Below are positions 9,744 through 21,217 of a stretch of 64,000 nt of DNA, piece after piece. The notes beneath the pieces were generated by a model, which was not told where the DNA came from, searched no databases, and saw nothing but the letters and a program-made list of their open reading frames with translations. The stretch's first letter is position 1, and every line of letters begins with the position of its first letter. The DNA is from an uncultured Chloroflexia bacterium (GTDB lineage: Bacteria > Chloroflexota > Anaerolineae > JAAYZQ01): positions 448,001-512,000 of the forward strand of contig CAVOXA010000014.1 of the NCBI GenBank assembly GCA_963700285.1. Reading direction: 5' to 3'. Both the position numbers and the translations under genes were made by a program.

Positions 9744-10944
9744 CTAGTCAAAGCTCACGCACGTGATCTTGCATTCCTGGCGATCGGTCGCGCAGCATTT
9801 CGACGTTAGCCGGCACCTCATCCAGGCTGACCCGCTTGGTGACGATGGGCGTCATGTCCATGCCATCGGCCATGCACTCGATGACCCTGGGGAAGGTACC
9901 ATGCCCAGAGTGTCCCTGGGAGCCCACGATACCGGCCCTTCGGACCTGCAGCACCTCGCCGGTCACCGGCATCTTGGCGTCTGCGCGCGCCAGCACAACG
10001 ATGGTGGCGTTGAGCGTTCGGCCCAGCCAGATCGTCTCTTCGATCTGTGGATAGACGATGGTGGGCAGGCCGGTGGCTTCGAGATAGAGGTTCGCGCCCA
10101 TGCCCGAGGTGAGTTCCAGAACCCTCTCGACAAAGTTCTCCTTGATGGGATTGATGGCATAGTCGGCGCCCATCTGCAGGCCGAGCTGGGCCCTGGCCTC
10201 TTCGGGTTCTGAGATGATGACAACCGAAGCGCCCTGCCTCTTCATGATGGCGCAGGCAGCCATGCCAACGGGTCCACCGCCGCAGATGACGACCTTGTCG
10301 CCAGGCCGAATGCCTCCCGCCCGCTCGATGACGGCTGTGTAGGCCACACTGGTCGGCTCGACGAGGCTGCCGGCCACAAAGAGGTCTTCCTCGCTGTATC
10401 GATCCGCCAGGGGCTCCAGGCTCCACAGGGTCCGGGCCGGGAGCACGAGGTACTTGGCAAAGCCACCCTCGGTATTGATGCCGATCTCGTCCAGCCGCTC
10501 GCAGTGATTGGGATAGCCGTCGGCGCAGGGCTTGCACTCGCCACACCAGATCATCTCCTCGGTGCAGACCCGCTCGCCACCTTTGAAGGGCTGGTTGGTC
10601 GCCTTGTCACGGGCCTCGCTGCCGGCCTCCACGACCACACCCGACACCTCGTGGCCCAGGATGGCGGGAAAGCCGGTGAGTCCCGGATACCACATGTAGC
10701 CCTCGTCGTCCCTCTGGGCCATGTGTACGTCGCTGCCGCAGATGCCGCAGGCCTTTACCTCGAGCAACACCTCCCTCGGTCCAGGCGTGGGGATGTCGTA
10801 CTCGACAATCTCTACCTTGGGATTCCTCCATACCCGGCTGCCCAGGTAGGTCTGCTTGCCCTCGACGTCCTTGGGGCCCAACACAAAGCCTGGCCTGGGA
10901 TCCCAGTCCGCAAAAAGCGTAACACCTCTCATCTTGCCTTCCAT
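9744..10944 (-). CDS. iolM: scyllo-inosose 3-dehydrogenase (1-nt indel near the 3' end)
   Basis: Distinctive N-terminus ADWDPRPGFVLGPKDVEGKQTYLGSRVWRNP, YPGLTGFPAILGHE, GSQGHSGHGTFPRVI; corrected tail DRQECKITCVSFD*. Confidence 0.85.
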
Positions 10945-10964
10945 TTTCTCACATCTCCTTTAAC

Positions 10965-11888
10965 TCACGTTTTGGGGGTTTTGTCCCCAGTATATTGTTG
11001 AAGGAACAGGTACCGTTCCGACATACCAAAAACCGTACGAGCCTGGATCTCCATGCGACTGGATGCTGCACTCAGTTGCCCAACAACCCGCTGGCCCGCT
11101 GCTTGAGTTCCCGGGCGAGCAGAAACGGATCCCACTCCCAGTGGTAGGCGCCCAGCATCTCCACGCACCACAGGCCATCGTAACCTGTGGCGCGTATCGC
11201 CTCGATGCCTTCCTGCAGGGGCAGGATGCCATCGCCAGGCAGGACATCGCGGTCGGCGTCGCTCCACTCTATCTCCCTGCCTGGGCGTCACGTCGCTGAT
11301 GTGGGCTACCACGATCACTACCGGGATCGAGCGCCGCGACCTCTTCCCAGGGTGTGCCGCCTGTCCACAGGTGAAAGGTATCGAGACAAAGCCCCACATT
11401 GTTGCGACCAGCCACGTCCAGGACCTCCAGCGCCTGCTGCAACGTGCGCAGTGGCGTGAAGGATACCGGCTCCAGGGCCAGCGTCACCCCAAAGGGAGCG
11501 GCGATGTCGGCCAGCTCTGCCAGCGATCGCCCGACCTTGGTCCGGATCTCGGGCCAGGGTTCACCCTCAAGCCCATTGAGGGCCACGACCTGCAAGCGAC
11601 GGGCAGCCCAAGGTCTGGGCCACCTGGCACAGCCGCTCGCACTGCTCGCGGAGCGACTGGCGAACGCATCGGATCCTGGCGCTCGATGTGGAGAAACGAG
11701 TTGATCACCGCCAACCGGAGAGATCCCAACTCAGGCAGAAGCTGCTCCGCACGATAGCCTGCCTCAAGGTAGCGCACCAGCTTTGGGATGTAGAACTCGA
11801 TGGCATCGTAGCCCGTTTCTTGAGCCACGCGGATGTCTGTCATCAAGTTCGTATGCATGATGCTGCCTGTGTGCAGCCCCAACACCAT
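10965..11888 (-). CDS. Sugar-phosphate isomerase/epimerase (xylose-isomerase-like TIM barrel), with several indels
   Basis: Pieces in three frames: MVLGLHTGSIMHTNL, LALEPVSF, LCLDTFHLW, VAHISD, GDGILPL. Confidence 0.75.
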
Positions 11889-12058
11889 GGTCGCCTCCAG
11901 GCCCTCAGGCAGGGCTCTTTTTCCCCGTTTCACTCTGTACCATCAGGTGCCTATCGCTGTCGTCTCTCGAACCCATGTGCGTAGGGTTGTCCTGCCACTA
12001 TGCCGCCAGCGCCTATGGATTGTTGCAGAACAAGAGTGCGGTCGACTGCCACACGGTC

Positions 12059-12245
12059 TCAGAACTTGCCGCTATTTGCCCATTCTTCTTTTGGTGGTAC
12101 AGGCTCAGCATTGTCCCAATGCTCGACAACCTTGCCATACTCAATACGAAAAAGATCGACCTGGGCGAAGGGTTGACCCTCCCACGAAGCCCGGTACAAA
12201 GTTGCCCTGACCCACGAGAAGGACCAGTTCCTGATAGACCAATGG
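12059..12245 (-). pseudogene. 3' remnant of a SnoaL/NTF2-like protein gene
   Basis: PLVYQELVLLVGQGNFV, frameshift, then RASWEGQPFAQVDLFRIEYGKVVEHWDNAEPVPPKEEWANSGKF*; no 5' half or start. Confidence 0.6.
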
Positions 12246-12329
12246 CCTGTGGTTGGCCAGTGCCAGTGGCTTGAAATACTCAAGGCCATCAGGCACTTGT
12301 GCGTTGTGCTGGATGTACAATTCGCTGGA

Positions 12330-13357
12330 TCAGGGCAGGACCAGAATCTTGGCGCACTGCGCGCCGCTCTTGCCCAGTTCAAAGGCATCCAGAATCTCTG
12401 ACAGCGGGAACTGGTGGGTGACGACCGGCATCAGATCCACAAGCTGGCGTGACATGAAGGTCAGGGTCTTGGGAAAGAAGTAGGGGCTGCCGCTGGAACC
12501 GACGATGGTCGTCCGCTCAAAGATGGCCTTGCCGATCTCGATGGGGATCTTGCGTCCGGCACTCTGCCCGATCAGGACAATGCGTCCCTGCTTGCCGATG
12601 ACATCCAAGGTCGCGGCCAGCGCCCCGTTGCTGCCGGAGCACTCTAGAACCATCGTCGCACCGCGCCCGCCGGTATGATCCATCACCTCCTCCACCACAT
12701 CCTCAGCAGCAGGATCGATGACGACGTCGGCCCCCAGGTCCCGGGCCATCTGTTGGCGGAATGCCTGGGGTTCGACGACAATGACCGGAGCACCCGATGC
12801 CCTGCACGACAGCATGGCGAAAAGGCCAATGGGGCCCGCCCCAAAGACGACGACCCTGTCGTGCGGCGCCGCCCCGCCACCGGATCCCCAGACACCGTGG
12901 TAGGCGACCGAGACCGCCTCTACCAGGGCGGCTTCCTCGTAGCTCACATTGTCCGGGATCTTGAACAACCGCTCCTCTCGGGCCAGGGTGTATTCGGCCA
13001 TGCCGCCCGGACACTCCCACGAAAAGCCATAGAGTTCAAAGTCCGGGCACATGTTGGGCTCCATGCCATCCTTGCAGTTGTCACAGATTCGACAGGGGAT
13101 AGGCACCTCGGCGACGACGCGATCGCCGGGCGAAAAGCCCTTGATCGCCTTACCCACCTCGACTACCTCACCGGACCATTCGTGGCCTGGGATGAAGGGA
13201 AAGGTACCCTCGGTTTGGTGCCCTCCCACATGTGCACGTCTGTACCACAGACCCCAGCCGCCTTGACGCGGACGAGTGCTTCATTGTCCGCCGGTTTTGG
13301 ATCCGGCAGCGCTTCCAACCTCAGATCGTGTATGCCATGCAGCACTGCTGCTTTCAC
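12330..13357 (-). CDS. Zn-dependent (MDR) polyol dehydrogenase (1-nt indel near 13220)
   Basis: MKAAVLHGIHDLRLE, VCGTDVH, GHEWSG, CRICDNC, GAGPIG. Confidence 0.88.
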
Positions 13358-13396
13358 AGTATAGTACCTCTCAGAGAGCCATTCTGCGGCCCAAGG

Positions 13397-13496
13397 TTAC
13401 TCCATCAGATATCAAGCCAATCTGTGCACGGATGGTGTCCAGCGTCCGTGTGGTGGACAGGATCTCGTCCTACGGCATGAGGTCACTCTCCAGCTG
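13397..13496 (-). pseudogene. C-terminal scar of a Gfo/Idh/MocA oxidoreductase gene
   Basis: LESDLMP*DEILSTTRTLDTIRAQIGL, frameshift, YLME*; resembles the typical family tail MPLDET..MRTLD.IR.QIGL.YP.E. Confidence 0.45.
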
Positions 13497-13935
13497 ATCC
13501 TCGAATGACGAGTGTAGCACAGGCACATCCACTCAGCACCTTCTGGGTCACACTGCCATGCACCCAGCGTTCGACTCCCGTGCGACCGTGGCTCGAAACC
13601 ACGACCAGGTCAGCCCCGCCGTCAGCAGCATAGTCCAGGATCTGGCGCGCGACACCATCCTCCGCAGAGCGATGTTCGATGGTGATTCTGTCATAGTCAA
13701 GCTGGGCCTGCAGGCCGCTCAGATACTCCTCAGCCTCCCGATAGGTGGCTGCCACCACATCGTTGTACACGTCGGGCATCTCGGCCAGGGCGCGAGTACG
13801 TGGGATCGGCTGCGCAACGCGAAAGAGCACAACTTCAGCCTCCATGGCCCTGGCAATGGCGAGAGCCGGCTCCAGGGCCGCTTCCGCAAACTCTGAGCCA
13901 TCTAGCGGTACCAGAAGCTTCTTGAACCGAAACAT
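13483..13935 (-). CDS. Universal stress protein
   Basis: KKLLVPLDGSEFAE, SSHGRTGVERWVHGSVTQKVL; start MFRFKK. Confidence 0.9.
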   Translation of the reverse strand: MFRFKKLLVPLDGSEFAEAALEPALAIARAMEAEVVLFRVAQPIPRTRALAEMPDVYNDVVAATYREAEEYLSGLQAQLDYDRITIEHRSAEDGVARQILDYAADGGADLVVVSSHGRTGVERWVHGSVTQKVLSGCACATLVIRGSAGE

Positions 13936-14124
13936 ATTGCCTCTCCTCCGTGCTGTAGTAACCTGCATTCGGAACCCAGCCGCGAGCAAGCGCCACGATC
14001 TATACCGTAGCAGCCTACTCCACCCAGACTCTGGGGAAGCGGCGAACAGGACGACAGGATGAATGTCAGGGCGCACCGAACAACGGCGGTTCTCCGTTGC
14101 TCGGCGCACACTTTTGTGGCAGAG

Positions 14125-15250
14125 TTACAGGTCCGAACCCTGGCCGATTCGCGGCAGCGCATAGACCGGCTTCCAGCCCTCGCTGAGCGGCTCGCGCAGA
14201 TAGGGCTCCATCTCGGCCTCAGTCCGAAGGGTAACCTCTTCCACAGGAGGAACAGCGCCAGCCGGGAATGCCTCCAGAATCTGGTCGTTGACCAGGGTCA
14301 GGTAGCGCAGAATGGCCGCCACAGGCCGCTTGGCCTTTTCTGCCGACGCCTTGGTGGCCTTGCCAACGACGCCCTCAGGGGTGGCTGCCAACTCGATGGC
14401 AAAGTGCCCCTCGCCCTCAGACCAGCGGCTGGGCCGGCTGAAGGGATCCACCGACTTGTCAAAGTGACCATCGGGCAGATAGGTAATGCCCTCAGTGTCC
14501 ACGGCGTACCGCATGTCCACCATCTCTGGGTGGAGCAGCAAGCCCAGCGAGGTCTCGGACTCGTCGGCGTGGACAAAGTTGGTGTCCCACTTGCCGCCCT
14601 TGTCCTTGGCGCGGAAGAACTCGCGGACCGCCCGGTGCCAGTCGAGTACGCGAAAGATGCCCGGCAGTTGGTAGCGCTTCTGGAACTGCTGGATGGCTGA
14701 TTCCAGCATCCACAGGTGGCCGTGGTTGTTGATATAGATCTGCTTGCGGAAGCCATCGTTCCACAGGCCCAGCATGACGTCGATGAGGAACTCGCGGGCC
14801 ACGTTCTCGCGGATGGGGATGGTGCCCGGCATGCCCATGTGGTGGTAGGGATGCGAGCCGTACATCGAGCGGCGGCAGAGCCAGGTTGCAGGCTGCCCCC
14901 CTCTTGGCCGTGTAGCGGCGCACGCCTTCCAGGATCTGACTGACGTAGAGTGTATCCGAGGCGCTGGGCAGGTGTGCACCATGCAGCTCGCTGCAGCCGA
15001 TGGGCACAAAGACGATGTCGTTCTTGCGCCGGTTCTCCTCAACCTGCTTGCGTACCGTCGTCTGGATGTAGGATCCCGGCTTGCCCCATTCTACCGGCGA
15101 GGGCACGCCGTACTCGGCCAGAATTGCATCTATCTCGGCGTCGGTGGCATCCCAGACCTCTTTCTTGAGGCGGCCAACCGTATTGTCCTCAAAGAATAGA
15201 TCCGGTTCATTCGTAGCAAGCAATCCTTCAGGTACTTTCTTTTCCGACAT
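14125..15250 (-). CDS. iolN: 3-dehydro-scyllo-inosose hydrolase, creatininase family (indel near 14870)
   Basis: FEDNTVGRLKKEVWDA, PIGCSELHG, YGSHPYHHMGMPGT, NNHGH, HADESETS; same cluster as iolM. Confidence 0.82.
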
Positions 15251-15390
15251 TATGACTACTCCTAACGTTTTGTATTTTGATCAAGCTGGCCCTTACGATC
15301 TGGGCAAACTGAAATCACGAGTGAATCTGACCGAGAACTGGTATCCAGCGACTGGATATCATTCTTGGGCATGCGCCACCAAGCTTGAGA

Positions 15391-16395
15391 CTAGACCTGC
15401 ACGGGCCGGCCTTCGTGCATTGACCGCGTCGCCGCAATTCCTACCGCAACGACCGCCCGGCTATCGCGCCCACCGACCGGTGGCTCCTTGCTCTGGGTGA
15501 GGCAATCCACAAAAGCCTGCAACTCGGTCACAAAGGCTTCACCCAGACGATCTGGTGTTGTGCGCGGCATGTCATGGTGAACGCCCCGGCGGTCCAGCAA
15601 GCGCACCGGCGTCTGCCGAAAGCGCCCGATCTGCACCGCGCCCTCGTCACCGATCACCTCCACGCGCAGATCGTGACCGTAGCGGGTTGTGCGACTGACA
15701 AACAACGAGCCCATGGGCCCACCGGCAAAGCGCAGGCTCACCACCGCATTGTCCACGTCGCCCACGGAGCGCACCCCTTCGTCGACCAGAGCGCCCCCCT
15801 CAGCGTAGGCCCGGGTCACCTCGTCGTCCAGCAGCCAACGGGACAGGTAGATATCGTGGTACATGGCATCCAGGATCAGGCCGCCGCTCACGGCAGGATC
15901 GGCGAAACTGGCAGGCGGTGGGTCCGTGTCACCGCTTATGGACCGGAAGACCAGTGGCTGACCAATGGCACCCGCCTCGATTGTACGCTTGGCCTCGATG
16001 TGGCCGGAATCAAACTGACGCACGTGACCCATCATCAGCTTGACGCCCGCTTGCTGCACCGCCGCGATGGCCCGGTCGCAATCCGCCAGTGTCAGCGCCA
16101 GCGGCTTTTCACAAAAGATGTGCAAGCCTGCCGCAGCACACTGCTCGACGTTACCGGCATGGGCCGATGTACTACTGGAAATGCAGATGGCGTCCAGCTG
16201 CTCAGCCCCCAACAAGGCATCCAGGCCGGGGTATACGGCAACATCACCACAACAGCGCCGTACGTCGCCGGCCCGCTCAGCGCTGGATGTGGTTACGGCA
16301 ACCAATCTTGCGCCCCGAACCCTCCGGGCCAGGTTTTCAGCGTGGGTTACGCCCATCCTGCCCACGCCGACTACTGCCAAGCGCAGGTCATCCAC
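15391..16395 (-). CDS. Gfo/Idh/MocA inositol-dehydrogenase-like oxidoreductase
   Basis: GVGRMG, CEKP, SGGLILDAMYHD, YGHDLRVE; GTG start overlaps the previous stop. Confidence 0.88.
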   Translation of the reverse strand: MDDLRLAVVGVGRMGVTHAENLARRVRGARLVAVTTSSAERAGDVRRCCGDVAVYPGLDALLGAEQLDAICISSSTSAHAGNVEQCAAAGLHIFCEKPLALTLADCDRAIAAVQQAGVKLMMGHVRQFDSGHIEAKRTIEAGAIGQPLVFRSISGDTDPPPASFADPAVSGGLILDAMYHDIYLSRWLLDDEVTRAYAEGGALVDEGVRSVGDVDNAVVSLRFAGGPMGSLFVSRTTRYGHDLRVEVIGDEGAVQIGRFRQTPVRLLDRRGVHHDMPRTTPDRLGEAFVTELQAFVDCLTQSKEPPVGGRDSRAVVAVGIAATRSMHEGRPVQV

Positions 16396-17413
16396 GAACG
16401 TCCACCTCACTGAGTCTGACCGGCCTTTTCTCCAGGAACGATTTCTTGGCTGCGTAGCCCATAACAACCGGTGTACGTCCATCGATGCCCGTGACCAGCG
16501 GTGGCGTATCCTCAAGGATACACGCCACAAAGGCATTGAGCTGGGTCACATAGGCTTCAGTGTAGCGCTCGACAAAGAAGAACAATGGCAGGGAACCATG
16601 CACCCCATTGGCGTTGCTGACGACCGCCGAATCCGGCACGTCGTTGGACACGGTCACCACTCCGCCGGAGCCAAAGACCTCGACGCGCTGATCGTAGCCA
16701 TAGACCGCCTGCCGGCTGTTATCGATAGCTCCCAACACCCCGTTGGCATAGTGGAGGGTGATCAGTGTCGTATCGATGTCGCCCGCCTCACCAATCGCCG
16801 GATCCACCATGACGCCACCTGCAGCATAGACCTGTTCCACCTCGCTGTCTATCAGAAAGCGGGCCATATCGAAATCGTGGATGGTCATGTCCATAAAGAT
16901 GCCGCCTGAAACCTTTATGTAGTCGATGGGTGGAGGCGCTGGATCGCGGCTGGTTATGCGCAACATGTGGGGCTCACCGATCTCGCCGGCGGCCACGAGT
17001 TCTCGAACGCGGGCGAAATTGTGATCAAAGCGTCTATTAAAACCCACCTGTAGTTTGACACCAGCTTTTTCCACAGCCGCCAGGGCATGGTCGATCTTGG
17101 CCAGATCGAGGGCAATGGGTTTCTCGCAAAAGATCTGCTTGCCGGCCTCTGCCGCTTCCACGATGATCTGGGCGTGCGTGTCCGTGCTCGAGCAGATGAG
17201 CACCGCATCGATATCCCTGTCATCCAGAATGCGTCGGTGATCCTGGTAAGCGGCCGGCACGCCCAGCTCGGCAGCTACCCCTTGGGCTGCTTCCACGATG
17301 ATATCCGAGACTGCGAGCAGGTTCGCTTGTGGAATGCGAAATACCAGGTTCTGGGCGTGCAAGCGGCCAATTCTGCCTGTGCCAATGACACCTACATTGA
17401 TGGTCTGTTTCAT
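16388..17413 (-). CDS. iolG: myo-inositol 2-dehydrogenase
   Basis: GTGRIG, CEKP, GFNRRFD, ITSRDP, SGGIFMDMTIHDFD, NSRQAVYGYDQRVE, FFVERY. Confidence 0.88.
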   Translation of the reverse strand: MKQTINVGVIGTGRIGRLHAQNLVFRIPQANLLAVSDIIVEAAQGVAAELGVPAAYQDHRRILDDRDIDAVLICSSTDTHAQIIVEAAEAGKQIFCEKPIALDLAKIDHALAAVEKAGVKLQVGFNRRFDHNFARVRELVAAGEIGEPHMLRITSRDPAPPPIDYIKVSGGIFMDMTIHDFDMARFLIDSEVEQVYAAGGVMVDPAIGEAGDIDTTLITLHYANGVLGAIDNSRQAVYGYDQRVEVFGSGGVVTVSNDVPDSAVVSNANGVHGSLPLFFFVERYTEAYVTQLNAFVACILEDTPPLVTGIDGRTPVVMGYAAKKSFLEKRPVRLSEVDVRG

Positions 17414-17423
17414 AGTCCTCCCT

Positions 17424-18263
17424 CTAGCTCCACACGTCCAGGATATAGCTGCGCGACTCACCCAAGTAGGTCTCCAGCCAGATCAGCGAGTTCTCGTCCT
17501 TGATGGCCGTGAACGGATCTGGCCCTGGCGCCGTACACTCAAAAATCACCGGGCCTTTGTACGCTATTTCGTCCAAAGCGTCAAACTGTGATGCAAAGTC
17601 GGTATGCCCCCGACCCAAGCCCTGGCGGTTCGAGTCGGCAGCATGGTACAGGCCCAATCGGTCGCCGACCAGGCGCAGAGCGCCGGCTGGAGACGCCTCC
17701 TCGATGTTCATGTGGTAGGCATCAAGCAGGACAGCTACGTTTCCAGCCCCTACATCGTCCACAAAATCCAGTGTTTCCGCAGCGGCGGTGAGCAGATGCG
17801 CCTCGTAACGATTAAGGACCTCTATCACGATAGATAAGCCCAAAGGCTCAGCCCGGCTGGCTATCTGCCTGACCGCCTCCACGAACACCGCCCGCTCCTC
17901 TTCCTGAGTACTGATGGCCCGCACGCGACCCACGCGGCCATGGCAGGAGATGATGGGGTTGCCTCCCAGCGCAGCAGCAAAATCGACAAGACGCAGGTAG
18001 TAATCGACCGCATCTGTGCGGGTGGTGGGGTCAGGGTGGGCCAGATCCACGTTCTCGGGGGTGAGGGAAAAGACCGCCAAACCATGATCGCTCAGGATCC
18101 GGGCCGCCTCATCGGGCTCATAGAGTCCAGGGTCACCCACAAGTTCGACGCCATCAAAGCCAAGCTTTTGCAGGCGCTGTGCAATATCTTCTAGCGGCAG
18201 GTCACCAAACATCCAAGTACAGGCTCCCAGTTTGTGCACTTGTTCCACGTTCCTCTCTCGCAT
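17424..18263 (-). CDS. D-tagatose/psicose 3-epimerase-family protein (IolO-like candidate)
   Basis: EVLNRYE, LLDAYHMNIEE, YHAADSNRQGLGRGH; start uncertain. Confidence 0.8.
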   Translation of the reverse strand: MRERNVEQVHKLGACTWMFGDLPLEDIAQRLQKLGFDGVELVGDPGLYEPDEAARILSDHGLAVFSLTPENVDLAHPDPTTRTDAVDYYLRLVDFAAALGGNPIISCHGRVGRVRAISTQEEERAVFVEAVRQIASRAEPLGLSIVIEVLNRYEAHLLTAAAETLDFVDDVGAGNVAVLLDAYHMNIEEASPAGALRLVGDRLGLYHAADSNRQGLGRGHTDFASQFDALDEIAYKGPVIFECTAPGPDPFTAIKDENSLIWLETYLGESRSYILDVWS

Positions 18264-18273
18264 GTGTCCTGGC

Positions 18274-19419
18274 CTAATAGGCCCCAAAGTCTTTCCACGC
18301 CTGCCACATGGCCATGATATTCTCTGGCGGCACGTTGGCCTGGATGTCGTGCACGGCGGCAAAGACGAACCCTCCCCCTGGGGCCAGAGCCTCAATGTTA
18401 CGCCGTACGTCCTCGCGGACCTCTTCCGGTCTGCCGGTCCCCAGGATACCCTGGGTGTCCACGCCGCCCCCCCAGAAGACCAGGTCTTGGCCGAACTCTT
18501 TCTTCAGAGCACGCAGATCCATGCCAGCAGCGCCAAGCTGCACCGGATTCAGGATGTCGATGCCGGCGTCAATGAAATCGGGAATGAGGGGCCGCACTGC
18601 GCCGCAGGAATGCAGGAATACTTTTACCGGCGCCTGATCCTTGATGAATGTGAAGAGCCGTTGATGGCGAGGCTTGATCAGCTTGCGGTAGGTATCTGGC
18701 GAAAGGAGAAGCGCATGCTGACCAGCCAGGTCGTCGGCTTCGATGACAACGTCGACCCGATCACCGACCTCATCCAGGGCCCGCTCCCAATAGGCGCACT
18801 TGAAATCCACCATGCGGTCAAGCATGTGCGCTGCCCAGGACTGGTTGAGGACAAGGTCCATGTAGAATTCCTCATAGCCCCTTAGCCACGAATAGACCTC
18901 TACGATCCCAGGGCAAGGCCCGGCCAGGACAACGGCCTTCCCCTGGGCGACGGCAGCCTCGACCTGCTCGCAAAGCCCGGCCAAACGTTGCTCATCGATG
19001 GGATCAGGGAAGGGATAGCGGGCGAACGCATCCAGTGCATCTGCGCCAGCCAACGGGTGGCGGTACATGTCATAGTAGTAGCCACCATCCTTGGGCTTGT
19101 GCCAACCTATGCCCCACTCGTCGGTATAAGCTTCGTAGGCGCCCTGGTCACGGAAGGCATACTGGAAATCGGCCGGCAAACCAGGCATCACCAACCGGAA
19201 ATCGGTATCGAGCCGCGCGGCGAGATCCTCATCGATGACCGCAAGTTGCTCGGCCATGGCCATGAGCCTGGTCTCCACAGGGGGCATGCCCGTGTAGTGG
19301 CGCAGATTGCGGTAGGCGTCGACATGCATCGTAGTCAAGCCCGTGCCCCCGAGATCAAAAGGGACTCGATCCGGCTCGTGAAAACTGAGAGCTAGACGGG
19401 CTCGCTCGTGCGACTTCAT
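18274..19419 (-). CDS. Uroporphyrinogen decarboxylase / MtaA-like family protein
   Basis: EPDRVPFDLGG, ADDLAGQ, HSCG, LNPVQ, WGGGVDTQ, PGGGFVFAAVHDIQANVPPEN. Confidence 0.88.
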   Translation of the reverse strand: MKSHERARLALSFHEPDRVPFDLGGTGLTTMHVDAYRNLRHYTGMPPVETRLMAMAEQLAVIDEDLAARLDTDFRLVMPGLPADFQYAFRDQGAYEAYTDEWGIGWHKPKDGGYYYDMYRHPLAGADALDAFARYPFPDPIDEQRLAGLCEQVEAAVAQGKAVVLAGPCPGIVEVYSWLRGYEEFYMDLVLNQSWAAHMLDRMVDFKCAYWERALDEVGDRVDVVIEADDLAGQHALLLSPDTYRKLIKPRHQRLFTFIKDQAPVKVFLHSCGAVRPLIPDFIDAGIDILNPVQLGAAGMDLRALKKEFGQDLVFWGGGVDTQGILGTGRPEEVREDVRRNIEALAPGGGFVFAAVHDIQANVPPENIMAMWQAWKDFGAY

Positions 19420-19427
19420 GAGACGCC

Positions 19428-20191
19428 CTACTTTTCCCGCTCGCCGGTGATCAGGTCAGCGATGTCCTGCTCGTCCACTTCATCACGGGTGTAGTTGCCA
19501 ACCAGATGACCATGCCGGATGATGGTGAAACGATCGGCCACCTGATAGACGTGGCCAACGTTGTGGGTGATAAAGATGACCGATAAGCCCTCGCTCCTTG
19601 GCATTGTGCGTGTAGGTCAGCACCTTGTGCGTCTCGCCCACCGAGAGCGCCGAAGTCGGCTCGTCGAGGATCAGTAGCCTGGCGCCAAAGTGCCTGGCGC
19701 GGCCGATGGCAATGGACTGGCGTTCACCTCCAGATAGCTTGCCTACCTTCTCATTGGGCGAGCGGATATGGATCCCAATGTCCTTCAGCGCTTCGCGCGC
19801 TTGCTCGTCCATCTCCTGCACATCCAGCAACTTGAGCGGGCCGAATCTGCTGCATCAGTTCGCGGCCCAGGAAAAAGTTGCGCGTGATGCTCATCAGCGG
19901 TACCAGGGCCAGATCCTGGTAGCAGGTCTCAATGCCCAACGCCCGGGCTTCACGCGGTGAGGGGATGTTCACTAGATTTCCATCCAAGTAGATCTGCCCG
20001 CTGGTGGGGGTATGGACCCCAGTCAGCACCTTGATGAGCGTGGATTTGCCTGCTCCGTTGTCGCCCAGCAGACCCACCACCTCACGCTGATTGACGGTGA
20101 AATCCACACCGTCCAACGCAGTGATCGTGCCAAAGCGCTTGACGATGTTTTCCATATAGACGACGGGAGTATCATGTCCATTGTCACTCAT
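19428..20191 (-). CDS. Sugar ABC transporter ATP-binding protein, single domain (indels)
   Basis: GDNGAGKST, YQDLAL, LSGGERQ, LILDEPTSAL. Confidence 0.88.
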
Positions 20192-20212
20192 GCCAAGATT
20201 CCTCCTCCCTGC

Positions 20213-21217
20213 TCAGGCCTTGCTGCGGATCCAGTTGTTAAAGACGACTGCAGCGATGATGGTCACCCCAACGATTGCCTCAAAGTTGTCGGCCGGGATC
20301 AAGTTGGTCAAGCACGACCCCGGTACGCAGCATGCTGATGATCAAGACACCCAGAAATCCGCCGATGATGCTGCCATAGCCACCTGCTAGAGAACGTGCC
20401 GCCCACCACAGCGGCAGCGATGGCCAACAGCTCCGTGCCAGCACCTGAAGCGATCTTGACCGTCTTGAACTGGCTAAACAGGAGGATGCCGGCAAAGCCC
20501 GACAACAGGCCCGAGAGGATGAAAGCTATGAGCTTGGTGCGCTTCACATTGACGCCCGGTCGCGCCTGCCGCATCCACACTGCCACCCGTGGCAAAGACG
20601 TGATTGCCGAACTTGGTGCGGACCAGGATGAACTGAAAGAACAAGACAAGTGCGATCCAGCCACAATGCCGCCGTGCGAAAGTTTGCACCCTTGATCGCA
20701 TCAGCGATCAGGGCCAGCCGGCCGTTAAAGACCTCAAAGACGAGCAGATTTTCGATGGTCTGCAGCATCTGCCCGCCTGATAGGAGCCAGACGAGCCCCC
20801 GATAGATGAACATGGTGCTCGAGCGTCGTAATAAAGGATGGAATCCTGGTTCGCGTCACGATGAGACCGTTGAAGCGCCCCCATCAGGGCCGGAACAAGG
20901 AGTGCCAGCAACAACGCCAGCAGGGCGTTTCCGCCGTCTACGCTGTTCATCGCCGTACAGGAATCCCCCCATGGCCATCATCGGTCCTACGGAAAGGTCG
21001 AACTCGCCAGCGATCATGAGCATCGTGATGCCGATCGTAACGACCCCTGTCAAAGTCGCTGCATTGACAATGCCCGATACGGAACGCAGGTGAGAAAGTT
21101 GGGAACAAAAATCGAGAATAGGACAAAGACTACCACCAGGGTGATGACTGGTCCTGCGACGGGAGATTCGACTACAAAACGGCGTGCAGGTCGTAGTCGA
21201 AGCGCGAGCGTACTCAT
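20213..21217 (-). CDS. Sugar ABC permease, RbsC-like (multiple indels)
   Basis: MLMIAGEFDLSVG, TKFGNHVFATGG, ELLAIAAAVVGGT, GGYGSIIG spread across frames. Confidence 0.8.

Noticed and set aside
18274-19419. hemE (true uroporphyrinogen decarboxylase)
   Set aside because: It lacks the RQAGR motif and has no heme-pathway neighbours
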